From Marsupella aquatica (taxonomy: Eukaryota; Plantae; Marchantiophyta), in assembly GCA_973895155.1 (NCBI GenBank), contig OZ316896.1, positions 19,766,754 through 19,830,753 on the forward strand: 64,000 nucleotides of DNA, given 5' to 3'. The translations under genes and the position numbers were made by a program. The notes beneath the pieces were generated by a model. It saw nothing but the letters and a program-made list of their open reading frames with translations. It did not search any database and was not told the origin of the DNA. Below are positions 13,101 through 32,072 of the stretch, one piece after another. How positions within the stretch are numbered: position 1 is the first letter of the stretch; each line of letters starts with the position of its first letter.

Positions 13101-14128
13101 CACATGAATTTCGGTCCGTACGTGAATCGTTAAGATGCAATATTTGGGGCTGAAGGTCTAAACTGTAGTCTTCCCAGATCCAGTATGGAACCCAGGGTCA
13201 AGGTAATCTTTGCTTGGAAGATTAAATTTCTAATGAATATCTCAGCAAGCAGTCATGAATAGCTCAACAAGCAGAAATCACGCTTGCTAACGTACTACCA
13301 AACACTTACAGAAGGCTTTGAATGACAACGTCTAAGACCTTTCTTGAAGAGACAGTTACGATTCTCATATGTAAGTGGATGGAACTGTGGTCAATACAAC
13401 TTGCGTTCAATCTACCTCAGCAAAAATTGGGCTGGCAGTGGCATATTCCTTCTGGAAAATGTAGACATATTTCGGATCCGCAGCTGATTCCAACTCAGCA
13501 CCACCATCTGCATCTGCTAGTACATCATAATCCTCATTTCCAGATGGTTGAGGTGGTTTGATAGTCCGGAGCTCACTTCCCTTCAGTGCATTCGCTGATG
13601 CAACTAGTACAGGGTGATCCAAAAGTTTCCACAATAGATTCTGCATGAGGTAGAACCGACGCTTCAGCAAATTTTCACAGACCCTAGACAATGACAGGGC
13701 ATGACGGATTTGCAAGAGATTCTGACTCCCAATCTTTGTCCACACCAGACAAAGAATGAATTTTAGTTATCCATTCTCCCTTAACTTCTCCATTTATTGT
13801 CTTATCGTGATCTTACCGAGCTACATATTCTCTTCCAGTCTATGGGGTCCCATTGGACTTCTGATTCCTTGATTCTCTGGCATTTGCCTTCTGCTTCGTT
13901 CATGTCATCCTACGTGAACTTGATCTATCCCTCTAGCCCATTCTGTTGACAAGATCATTCTCTCGTCCTCTCTAACTGCGATTTCATTCATTCATTGCTG
14001 AAGACAAGATTTAGAAAGCTCTACGGAAATCCCAAACAGAGATGTTACCGTGCACCTTTACAAACAGTCCTCACCTTTTCATCGCCTGCATTTCCCGTGA
14101 CGACAGGTTCTCCACCCACAAGAATCAT
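10184..14128 (-). CDS. NTAN1: Protein N-terminal asparagine amidohydrolase (N-degron pathway), ~374 aa, 9 exons
   Basis: Exons 14128-14075, 13640-13416, 13097-13033, 12552-12456, 12163-12076, 11686-11505 (acceptor uncertain), 11198-11020, 10640-10521, 10298-10184. Motifs MILVGG, YVYIFQKEYAT, GTDEITTCIG (catalytic Cys), VHMLGAFDD, STSPFAEGPDF, FPQWEQTFP..PRVF. Confidence 0.88.
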
Positions 14129-15509
14129 CGTCGCTCCTTCACTCGCGCAGTCTCTTAGTTCTGCGTCCAACCTCTTAAGAATTGCCCAATGCTCTTCGGC
14201 CAAGCCCTGGATATCCTCAGTCTAGAGACTCCACTCGAAATTCAACTGTATCACTCGCGCACCCCTTAACCAAAATGGCTCTGGGTGGTTGTGGTATATG
14301 AAGGTCAGTAGGCAACTCAAGACAAGACGACGGTATCTAGGGGCGGGAGCAGCAGCTGAGGAGGAAAGAGGAAGTACAAGGCGGACAAGAGGCAGGGAGC
14401 GGAAAAGGAAGAACCTAAGAGCGGCAATTGGCCGGGGAGGAGGTGGGTCCAGACAGTCTCCACATTGTTCCGAGCATCTACTCTTTCCTCCTAGAAATAA
14501 ACTGGACCAAGATATCGTTTCATTGCTTGCATTGACCCACCACCACGGCAGTTTGGCAAACCACTGCAAAAACCGGGAGGACAATTAGGTGATCAAACGG
14601 CAGAATACAGACCATGAAGTCCTTCGAGCGATCACCCGATCACGGCAGAGTGGACGATGAGTAGGGATTTCTGCAACCCGAATTACAACCTCTCAGACCC
14701 AAATAGAACCACAAATCTCTTCTGAGCGGTCTTCCGATGGTGGAGACTCCGTTGTGCTCAGCAAGGTTTGCACAGAAAAGCCCCAACTGCTGCTCTTCTC
14801 GCACTTCAAATCTTTCCTTTTCGCGTGCCAAACTTTATCTTGTTACAGAAGAGGAGGATGGGAAGGGCATACATTCAAAGGATACTGTACGTATCAGATC
14901 GATTGGATCTAAAATACCATCATACCTTCACGGTCATTCCTTATTTGAAGAGAGGGGAGGGGCCGTGGACGATTGGTCCCAAATGAGCGATGAATATCTT
15001 CAGTACTATTCTTGGAAGTTCAAATTTTGACACGAGTCTCTATAGACAAGTACATTTTGAACGCTTGTGAAGCAACTCTCTACCGCTGATTTGCTGAGCA
15101 TATTTCCGGGATTAATTTTTTTCCAATTACAAACGGACACCAATGTTTAATATGCTTTCGTGGTCCACCCTGTTCACTTTCTCATTTTTCTGGTATTCTC
15201 GCACTCCATCCTCACAACTGATTCTTGTTTGGGATTCTTATTTATCAACGTTTTTTGATTGATTTCTCTACCTCCATGGTTGTGAGAGGTTTGCACATGT
15301 GCTCAGTATTTTTGTTGACGTCAATTCCATGTCAATTTCTTCAGTTGATTTAATTGTAGATATGCTTCAAATGATTTTGTTGGGTCGACTATTCCTTCAG
15401 GTTTTATCCGCGCAACTGACTGTTCAGAGTGATTTTGGTCGCCACCAATCACACGGCAACACTTTGAAGCAAATCTGTCCAATACTGTAGCATTTTTTTG
15501 GTCCAGTAC

Positions 15510-15609
15510 CATTATTCCCGGGAGCTAGTGTTGTCCATGCCTTCATCATTCCCGGGAGCTTGTGTTGTCCATGCCCTCATTATTCCCGAGAGCTTGTGTT
15601 GTCCATGCC
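15510..15609. repeat. Tandem repeat, ~34-bp unit x3
   Basis: cattattcccgggagct(a/t)gtgttgtccatgcc occurs three times with few substitutions. Confidence 0.9.
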
Positions 15610-16297
15610 TTTTTGAAGAGATCTTCCCAATGCAGATTCTCAGCGGTGATTGGTCCAAGTAAGTGGCGAGTGAGCCTGGCCAAAAGCACCCACAATATAT
15701 TTTGCAAGGGGTGACCGAACCGCTACTTTCCATAACGTGCAAAGGCATGGAAAGTGCCCAACTGAATACATGATTACATGACGTCAAGCACAGCATTTTT
15801 AATTCTCCATGCGTCCACCACCTAGTGCTGTTCGTTGAACGATGCCATCTGTCACATTCACCATCAGCTGTTTCTGGGTTACAGAGGGACGGGCAGGAGG
15901 CAAGGACGAAAAGCATTGGAAGAATGAACAGATGCTCTTTATATTGTTTTGTTTTCCAGCTTCACAACTTATTAGACTGCTTCATGATGTACAGTACAGC
16001 ACTTTGCAAAAAAGCGATGGTAAGCATCAATCCCGCTCTCCCAGGTGGATACCTGGATCGACAGGGAGAGCATTGAAAGTTCATAATCACGTAGACAATG
16101 GTCCAGAGAGACAATTAAAAATTCAGACCTACAATCATTCTGTATCACGTCTGCACCCAAATGTTCCACGTAAGGCTGATGACAGTTTCAACGAATGCCC
16201 CACTACCGTTGACAAGCTGTGGACTTTTACAGTAGACACAGATTACACTGCTAATAGGGAGTGTCAAAGTTCTACCATAACCAAAGTGCTAAGGTAT

Positions 16298-16522
16298 TTG
16301 GTAAACCCATAGTGATTTTATCCTGGTCGTGTTCCTAAGAACATTTTATGTCCTGAGCGTTACAGGTGTGCTTTGACACCTAATATGTCATCTGATCAGA
16401 GACTTGGTAACCCATAGTGATTTTATCCTGGTCGTGTTCGTAACAACATTATATGTCCTGAGCCATAACTGAGTTACAGGTGTGCTTTGACACCTAATAT
16501 GTCACTCTGAACAAGAGACTTG
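16298..16522. repeat. Tandem duplication, ~105-115-bp unit x2
   Basis: ttggtaa(a)cccatagtgattttatcctggtcgtgttc...gttacaggtgtgctttgacacctaatatgtca..gagacttg occurs twice; the second copy has a small insertion. Confidence 0.88.
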
Positions 16523-17394
16523 CAGCAATCCATAGGCTGCCTTGGCCGGGCTTGGGTGCCTGTCCTTAATTAAGGGAACCTCTTGGAATTGACCAAGTCA
16601 ATAAACGCATGTTTTAGAGCAGTTCTCCTAAGGCCAAACATTTGCACCACTTATTATATATCACAATGCCAACGGACAAAAATGTCAAACTGTGAGACAG
16701 GGTCCCAAAAGAGGAGAAGTATTCTTTTCACAAGGAATTTGACTTTCCACAAGGGACACCAGTATGAACAGCATCACATCAATACCACTGTAACATATTC
16801 CCCATGAGGACAAAGGGGCAAGATGTGTCGGCACAAGTTCAAAATCATGTGTTGTGATGATGATGGGGGACAGTATGCATAATGAACTGGCGGTCTTTTG
16901 AGTTTGTCAAGTGTTCTTTTTGAGTTTTGATGGTGTTGTTTTTGTGCTATGGGGATGTCACCATCCTAAATGAAATCAAAAGAATTTTTCAGTCATAACT
17001 TTGTTGTCTCAAGCCTGTTCTTTTACAAATATTGTTTCTGTGCTATGGGGATGTCACCATCCTAAATTGATTTTAAAGTATTTGCCCTACTATCGAGGAA
17101 TCCAAATCCAGACATTCCTAGATTAGCTTGACAGCAGATCCAAATGCTTTTCAATTCTCTGGTTTGCGTATGGCCAGTAAGTATTTGCATTCCTGTCCGA
17201 AGGACTTGATTAGCATGATACATGCAACCGTGAATAAATGAGACAGGAATGATCTCCTCACCCGTGAAAGATAATGTTAGCAAATCGGAAATCAAAACAG
17301 TAGGACTACAGTAGAGGCCAGCTATAAAACAGTGCTGCTACTAATTAAACTATTCTAACAAAAAGAAACAAGATAAAAGGGTTGTATAAAATTA

Positions 17395-17505
17395 ACTGCC
17401 CAATGATGTCCCCAAGATGTCGTATCTCAGAGCCTGAACTATTCCAATTTACTGCCTAATGGTGTCCCCTAATGTCACGTCTCCGAGCCTGAACTATTCT
17501 AATTT
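17395..17505. repeat. Tandem duplication, ~57-bp unit x2
   Basis: actgcc.aatg.tgtcccc...tctc.gagcctgaactatt..aattt occurs twice. Confidence 0.75.
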
Positions 17506-18136
17506 CTAGCATCAGTTGAACCTATCTACAAATATTGGTTGGCATAGGGAGCACCAGGTGACGATGTTCTGGCCATTTAAACATTACAAAGATCTTATGT
17601 ACCTGCCCAATTCTGTTCTCTACTTTGTTAGAGAACAGCTCATAATATTACTGTGCTAACGAATATAATAATAAAAGGCGACAACGTTAGACTTTTCTTA
17701 GTACTTAGACATGCATGAAACCTTAGTTATGAATATAAATCCTCCTCTAGGGGATCACTAGGAACAAAATTATTAGTTGGGGCGATCCTGTATATACGAG
17801 CTCTGCCTGGGAACAATCAGGTTGTAGCACAGATTCAATATTTATAATAAGCGATCTATGGACTCCGAACAACGGTTCATTTCTTCCAATAAATCAGGTT
17901 AATCATGTCCAGTGGTTACAAAATGAGCTACATTTATAGGGATCTGGACAAAAATCCAGGTACTGCTGCATCGAAGGATTCTTCACTCTGAGACACCAGG
18001 CTCGCTGAATATTTAGTTAACCTACAATCTTCAAAGTCATCACGTAAATAGAGAACCTAAACGGTCAACACAAGCAACACCTGGGCAAACTAGTTTCGGC
18101 GTTCTATAAAATCTGCGTGGCCTTGATTGATGAAAT

Positions 18137-24616
<6,480 letters not shown>

Positions 24617-25469
24617 TGTTGTCTCCTCCTCCCCGTTCCAGCAGCCTCCTCCATTGCCAAAGGATCAACCGCCTCACTCCCTCCCTCCTATTCTCCAATT
24701 CTCCAATTCTCCAAAAACCTAAAACTCATCTCCGCAATTCCCGACGTCCCTCAATTCCGACTCGATCGTCGTGATCCTTCCATATTATTACTCCCCCTCC
24801 CTCCTCGCGCCACAAGTCCTGTATGATTTCTCACTCCTTCTTCAACCGCCCCTCCCCCTGAATTTCATCATCCGTTCTCCGTCCCTTCCGCTTACTCACG
24901 CACTCACTCCAATCTGATGCTCACCTGCTGCTGCTCTTCTTCTTTCCTTCTCTTTGCGACATTAGAGCGCAAACGATTCCTCCACGGCTCGTCGTCCTCT
25001 CTCTCCCGTTCGCATCTGCTCGACACGGCTGCCCTCGCCTCGCCTCGCCTCGCCGCTACCAATGGATCGATCGATCGACAAGCGACGTAGCTACGACAAA
25101 TGTGCGGTGCATTGACGGCTCCTCGATCGATCGATCGAAGGATCGGAGGATTGATCGAGTCTCTCGGCACCAAACATCGTTCCTCTGCATTCCTCCTTTT
25201 CTGCCATGTACCGCGGCGAAAGAAACATTTGCGACGACAGAGCCGATCGCTAATGATGCGCTCTCTTTCTCGTTCTTCTCATTCTCATTCTCGTCTCTTT
25301 ACTACACTAATAAAGACTTCTTTCGCCTTTCGTAACAAAGGCGAGAAAATAACAAAGTTAGAGAGAAACTGAGAAAGGGTCAACAAATTACGAGTACTAA
25401 TACGTTTGGAGAAAATAACAAATATAGTGAGAATGGGTCAACAAATCACGAGGACGAATAGAAAGTCTA

Positions 25470-26140
25470 GGATTGAGGGTGTACTGTGACCTTTACAAGG
25501 TATAGGGTGACAGTGTGTAGACCCACTTATGCAGGGAGAAATATGTGGCTTGCTTGTAAAGTAATAAGTATGTTAATGATTGTATCTTCAGGTCATGTGT
25601 TTAGTTATGATTGGCTCACATTGACCCTGCCAAGCTTTTTCAAAGCCTTTTGAACTTTTTACACCTACAATAGATCTTCTAATGAAGCTTTAGAAGTTAC
25701 AAGTGGAGTCCTTTCAATGGACAAGGACCATAATTACTCAACAAATGACCTTAAAGGATAGGATTGAGGGCATACGGTAACCTTTACAAGGTATAGGGCG
25801 ACTATGTGTCGACCCATGTATGTGAGGAGGATTACAGGAGACCATCGTAAACAAATACATATGTACTTGATCATACTTTCAAGTTATGTGCATGTCGACC
25901 CACGTATGTGAGGGGAAATACAGGAGACCATAGTAAATAAATACATATATATTTGATCATATTTTCAAGATATGTGTTTAGTTATGACTGGCTGACATTG
26001 ACCCTATTAGGATTTTTTGAAGGGTTTCCAAGGCTCAACTTTGCACAAAGAGAACAGACCTTGTAATAAAGCATTAAAATTTGCACTTGGAGGAAAATCA
26101 ATGAACATGGACGATAATAACTCAACACATGACCCTAGAG
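25470..26140. repeat. Diverged tandem duplication, ~290-380-bp unit x2, with an internal ~85-bp sub-duplication
   Basis: ggattgaggg..acctttacaaggtataggg..gaccca starts at ~25470 and ~25761; both units share tgtgtttagttatga.tggct.acattgaccct and end in ataa.tactcaaca.atgacc. Confidence 0.75.
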
Positions 26141-27671
26141 TTTAGGAAAGTGAAGCATGAATGGACCACCATGTTGGACATAGTGCTACCATGGCCTTCA
26201 TTTTGGTGGTCCATAGGAGTTTTGGGCTTATAATTTGATGAGTATAAGTACTTAAAACTTTGTTTTGTGCACCTGCAAGGCAACTATAGAAGGAGGAGAC
26301 ATTAAACAGCACAAGCCCAAATATTTCATACTAACTCAATGAAAAGTAATCCAATAAAATTCACCCCCAGATTCCATGATGAATAACTCAACCAAAATGG
26401 CCAAAATTTCACTGTCAATTTGATGGAAGCGTGGCTTAATCTATTTTTCTAGCACTCTCTCAAAATTAGAAAATATTTGAAATTACTACCATCAAGTTAT
26501 TACAATTAAACTTGAATTTGGGAAAGTGGTCCATGGGTTTTTTCTAAAGACCAAAATTGTGGTCCATAGGAGCATCATTTTCAAAAAGAAAACCAAAGAA
26601 AAGGTGGTCTGAAAACCCACCACATGGGCAGATATTATAAAGGAAAAAAAAGACTACACTAGGTTCACATTTTCACCTTTACAATTACAACTTTGAAGTA
26701 CTTTGCCACTAAAGCTTACTGCCACTCTGTTTTAGTATTTGAAGTACTGTCACTGACAATGTAGATACAATACAACAAACAAGGTTACATGGAAAATGCG
26801 TTCACCAAAGTAGCCATACACAAAAACTGTGAGTATTCTAAATACAATAAAAACAATGGCAGTACTCTAATTTGAGACAACTTTAGTGTCAATCTAGTTA
26901 AAAAAGTTTTACACTGTTATACAGCTAACCAAGTGTTCTTGTTCATGCTTAGCATAGTAGCTGTCCATATTAAGTGATACTGAATGCAAGTTCCATTGAG
27001 TAGGGAAATGACCAGTCAATCGGATTTTGCAAGGATTTGGTTTGACAGGTGGATTTTGCAAGGAGTGTGGAAGGTAGGGGAAAGTGAGGGATTAGGCATG
27101 AAAAATGTGCACAGGTTCAGGTTTATCAAGATAACTATACATAAATATAGTAGCTTATATACAAATATAATAAAAATGGGGACACTATTGCCAAACCAAT
27201 TAAAAAGTCTTGAGTGGCAATGTGGTTTTGTTTTTGTTTTTCCAAAAGAAGGGACACAGCCCAAAAACACCCCCGGGGATGAAAGGAGTGGCAATGTAGT
27301 TAAAAGCTATTGTAAAAAAATCACCAAAAATTAAATGGCCAGCCAGGGATATTAGCACCAGAAGGACATTTAGTAAACAGACTGTGACGAAGGAAGGGAG
27401 AGATTGCACATTATAGTGGCTGTGTACATATCATAAATAATTTATCTAGAATTCATTTGAGTACTTTTAAAGCAGTTGTACGCATTGATATATCATTGTT
27501 TTAAGTCAAAATGCTTAGAATATCCCTGAACTATGCAATGAAATGTCCACAAATACTACTAAATTTATTAGTGTATTGCAAAAGATCTCTCATAGATGAC
27601 TTGAGCCATTGGAACGTCACTAATGTCAGAACAGTCTTTACAGTCAAGTCTATGGGGGATGAAAGAGAACA

Positions 27672-29206
27672 TTGAGGTTTTGTGTGGAAGTCTCCCCTCC
27701 AAGCTAAAGGTCCTTCTGCAAAGCACCACATGATTTGTCTATTTTTTGCCTCTAAAAACACATTTGTGACAAAATAAATATGGAGAAAGGACAATCTAAA
27801 AGAACGGGAGCTCCAGGTCTGAATGTTAAGTCTATTTGAATCTATCGGTTTAGAATTTGAAATTGGGCAATTTATTCATGCTGAACTGGCTTGGTCAAGG
27901 TCTCCTTTGACAACCTACAGTAGCTTTTCTCTAGTACTACTTTAGATTTATTGTTGGGATTTGGATTGTCAATTGGAGCTTGCAGATCACATGAAGAGTG
28001 TCCAGTTTCTCCCATCTAAATTCCTCACATGTAGCAGTTCTCTAGTATACTTAAAACTCACAACCATGTTTCTATGGTCACTAGCCTAAATACCTCTGCA
28101 TAGTTCTATAGTATCCTTCATGCCTGTGAAAAGGCAGGGCTCCCTGTACCTAGACACCCACTGCTTGTCTCTATTCCCAACCATAGTCTAAATATCAGAA
28201 ATTGTTTTACTAGAAGAATTACTACCTTTGGCTTCACTCTACAGAGTAAGGAGTTTTGATTAGTAGACTTCGTTCACAAATTATAACATGGTATAGATTG
28301 CACAACCCATGGAATCTGGTCAATGGTCTGCCTTGTGAAAATTTATGCAGTGAAGTAGACGTAGACATAGGGAAAACCAGAGAACCTAAACTTACAGTAC
28401 CAATGCAAGAAGTTTTAACAATTTATCAGGCTGTAGGGCCAGCCAATCCTGTGGTTAAGGGGAAACAGATCTGTACATTTGACAAACCACGAGTCACTAG
28501 AGATACCAACACTATGTTAGATTGTTCCATTCTCAACTTAGTAAACATTTAGTGCTTTCACTTCTCAGCTAGTAAACATTTAGTGCTTTCACTTCTCAGC
28601 CGATGACTTTCTTTGCTAGATTCCATTTTGTTAATACCTACCATTTTTTGAGCAAATGAAATACATGAGTCTAGTCAGCACAATAACACTCAGAACGGGC
28701 AAAACCTTTAAGAAAAAAAAATTAAAAATTTTAAGGAGGAGCAAAACGTTGTAGAAGATAAACCTTTTCAAATCAAGAGGGAGGTCTTGGCATCAGATCA
28801 CATGTGTTCTTACGTCCAAGCTCTTTAACACAACTCTCCCACAAAATACATTATTCAAATCTCTCAAAACCTCAAAAGTGAATGATGGATCTAGGTAGAG
28901 GAAGTTAACCAACTCATTACTGATAAATCGATGGCTTGTTGGGTGAGATGGAAAAGTAGTACTAGAGAAAAGCTACCGTAGGTTGTCAAAAGAGACCTCA
29001 ACCAAACCAGCAGAGCATGAATCATTGGCAAATTGCAAATTCTAAACCGATAGAGATTCAAATAATTAACACTCAGATCAGGAGCTCCCATTCTCCCATA
29101 TTTATTGCGTGACAAGTATATGTTTAGAGGCAAAAGTAGAGAAATCATGTGGTGCTTTGCAGAAGGACCTTTAGCATGGAGGGGAGACTTCCACACAAAA
29201 CCTCAA
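27672..29206. mobile_element. Foldback/MULE-like non-autonomous element with ~255-270-bp inverted arms
   Basis: Arm 27672-27943 is the reverse complement of 28953-29206; the outer 65 bp differ at one position and the inner parts are more diverged; ~1 kb spacer without a recognisable ORF; no clear TSD. Confidence 0.65.
28540..28600. repeat. Perfect 30-bp tandem duplication
   Basis: tagtaaacatttagtgctttcacttctcagc x2. Confidence 0.9.
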
Positions 29207-29367
29207 GCTTCTCTTCTGCTTTCTAGCTATTTGAAGCTTTTTACTCTTACTTCATGGAGTTGCACTCCTTTGCAGTCGGCAGATTTGAAAGAGATAGACA
29301 AATTAGTTCTTCGTGGCCTTCACATCCGTCGATCCTTAGGGGGCCCATGTACCTCATAGCCAATATG

Positions 29368-29436
29368 GCCAAGGCTGAGGGAGAATAGGCTTTGAAGAAA
29401 GCCAAGGCTGAGGGAGAATAGGCTTTGAAGAAAGCC
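29368..29436. repeat. Perfect 33-bp tandem duplication
   Basis: gccaaggctgagggagaataggctttgaagaaa x2. Confidence 0.9.
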
Positions 29437-30502
29437 TAGGCAGAGGAGGAGCGAGACTTGGGCTGAGAACAACATGTGACTAAGCTGGAAAGAATGCATA
29501 ACTATACGCGTAATCACAGCAGGATCTTGTTCATGACATTCAGAAAAATAAGCCAGAAACCCAAAAACATCAATGGCAGGGGAACTAGCCCAAGGCTCCC
29601 TAACCAAAGCGAGATCTGAAAAGAATTACTGTAGATGCGAAAGCTTACCGTCCCTCTCATCTACTACTGGCCAAGAAATCAGAATTAATGGAATTTTGGT
29701 GCAATTTCCCAAAGGCTTCCGGAAAGTTCAGAATTCTCACAAGTGCTAGTCCCATTGAAATTTGACAATTCGAACGTCTTCATCGTGCCACAATGACTGG
29801 CAGCCCGCCATAAGAGTAAACAACTTCAGCATCTAGCTTGCTCAGAGCTATTCAATTAGCCAACCACCATGAGAGAGGACTACTTTTCGACAGAAAGAGT
29901 ATCGGCAAACAGTCAAACTTACAAGGGGACAATCTGTGCAGATTGACTCAGCTTGAAGGTACAATTTAATTGATTATCAGGAAACTATTGCAAATCAGCC
30001 GCTTGACAATTACTGTCAAAAGAGTCAATTCTAACAATATGTTACAAGGCAATCTGCAGTCAGGAGAAGTATTTCTAGGTGTCGCCACTTCCAGAGGAGA
30101 CGCGTAGAGATATTGTGGATCAGCAATCTTTGAAAGCAGCGAATCCCTTGGTAAAAAAATGATGGACAGCAGATCCTTGCATGTCACTTCGCCCTCTAAA
30201 AGTCGGGGAGATAGCTAAGCACATTTCTAAGAAAAAACCAAAATCCGCCTCAAATGGATGCTCTGTTCAAAATAGACTCGGAAATGGCTGTCAATTTCAC
30301 TAAAGTACAACAGAAAGTGACCACTTGTTCACCTCACACACAAACGCTTGACGTGGATCAGGACCCTCAATATGTGGGGTAAGGGGGAGTGGATGACTAC
30401 AGGACAGGTGCTTCAACTTGGGACAACAGCTTGCTTTTTGAGCGAAGAATAGATTCGGGGTATATTTCTATAATACTTCCAGGTTGGTCTCTGCAAGGTA
30501 AC

Positions 30503-32072
30503 CTACAAACTCTTCAGCTCCTTTTCTTTCGTTGTCTCTAGCACAGGTTCTCGAAGAGTGCCAAGCAGCCAATCCATGAAAACTGTGTAATGCCCATAGT
30601 TGTGCCGATACGTAGTGTGGTGAATTGTATGATATCCGGCTCCCATTACGCCAAACACTTCACCATGAATGCAGTCGTGAATGTTTGTGGTCCAGACAGC
30701 CTCACAGAAGAGGAGGACTTCATGAGTAAAGAAGTGCATCGGCACCACATACAATGCAAAAACATGAGGGCATGCTTGGATTATCCCGTCGATGGGGTTG
30801 AATGCCAAACCTGCCAGGTACAAGGCCGGCGATCTAGTTTAGCAAACCAGGTATCAGGAAAATTCTTCTGCGACAGAAATTTCATCACCAGGCCATGCTT
30901 AATGCGGTGACTACTCTAATTAGACGAGCTGGAAAAAGAAAATACATGAAAGGTGAACAAACCTGCAAAGGGAGACAAAGTGTTCTCCTTGTTGTAGATG
31001 TGATGGGTGGCGTGGAGCAACTTGTAGAGGGGCTTTATGTCGTGCAGCAGCCGGTGCATCCAATAAATCCAAAATTCGTTAAACGCCATGTAACCAACGA
31101 TAGACATCACATAACTGACGAATCCTGTCTCATCAATCCGTGCGTAGCATCGTGTCCATCCATTCTCCACCATCCACTCTGCCACCGTGGGAAGCACCGT
31201 GTACAACGGCATTCCCTTCATGGAGACCATGATTTGTAATAGGATGGGTTCCTTCGAAGGAATGTTCCCTGAAATCAAATTTTAGTGGGACGAGACTGTC
31301 AGTGTTATCAGAAAGTTGAACCATGGCGTCATAAGCCAAAACCAAGACCGAAAATACGGTTGGTGATCGCAAGTTTGAGGATGTGTATTTTTGAAACCAT
31401 GAAAATGCCTGCTAAGCAAAAGTTGCCATTCATTCGTTTTGTTCGCATTACTGCCCTGCCGACCAAGCGCGTGCCTGGCGTTGGGAACGAAATTAGATCC
31501 GAAGCAGAGATTCGGCAACGACACAATTCTGTGGATGTCAAGAGAAAATTGACCCGACTAAAGGACGAAAGATTGGTCTCTGGGTTTTGGTAAACACGCC
31601 ATCCGACGGACATGAGCACAAAACGTAGTTTGACGGATTTGCATAGATCATTGTGACCGGCGAGGGGAAATAGCTTCGAACCTTTGGGGAAGTACTGATC
31701 CTTCTTCCACCCGTAAACGCATAGGCACCACAGCCCACCGGTTAGAAAGTACACAATGTTGCCAGCCACATAGTTGCGGAGCCATGATACCAGAAAGTGA
31801 GGAATTCTAGCTCTGGTGCTTTGCGACATAAGAGGGCTCAAAACGATGGCGTTGAGCCAATCCGTGTGCTCAACAAAAAGCTGGTTGTACTCCGCTCCTC
31901 CCTTCACAGGCCTCCTCTCCAATCTGCCGTCCACATATGACTCCACGGAAGAATACGACACATTGACATTGAGATCCTCTGTTTTGGCCCCACTGCTGGA
32001 TACAACTGAAACGACCAGAACTGCTGCCATTGCAATGCCCACCAGTGGCACCAATGCCCTTCGTCTCGTCAT
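30503..32072 (-). CDS. STE1: Delta7-sterol C5(6)-desaturase (ERG3/DWF7 family), ~334 aa, 3 exons
   Basis: Exons 32072-31682, 31268-30963, 30810-30503 (1005 nt). His boxes [18 protein letters not shown] and YHTIHH; [14 protein letters not shown] and [17 protein letters not shown] match the plant enzyme. First in-frame ATG is at 32072. Confidence 0.93.

Noticed and set aside
27531-29359. Two ORFs sharing the peptide IMWCFAEGPLAWRGDFHTKPQ
   Set aside because: A by-product of the inverted-repeat arms; the frames diverge outside the 65-bp conserved end and no coding signal is evident.
31329-31681. Long read-through of desaturase exon 1 into intron 1 (255-aa ORF)
   Set aside because: Family similarity stops at the GT donor at 31681 and resumes at 31268; the extension is intronic.
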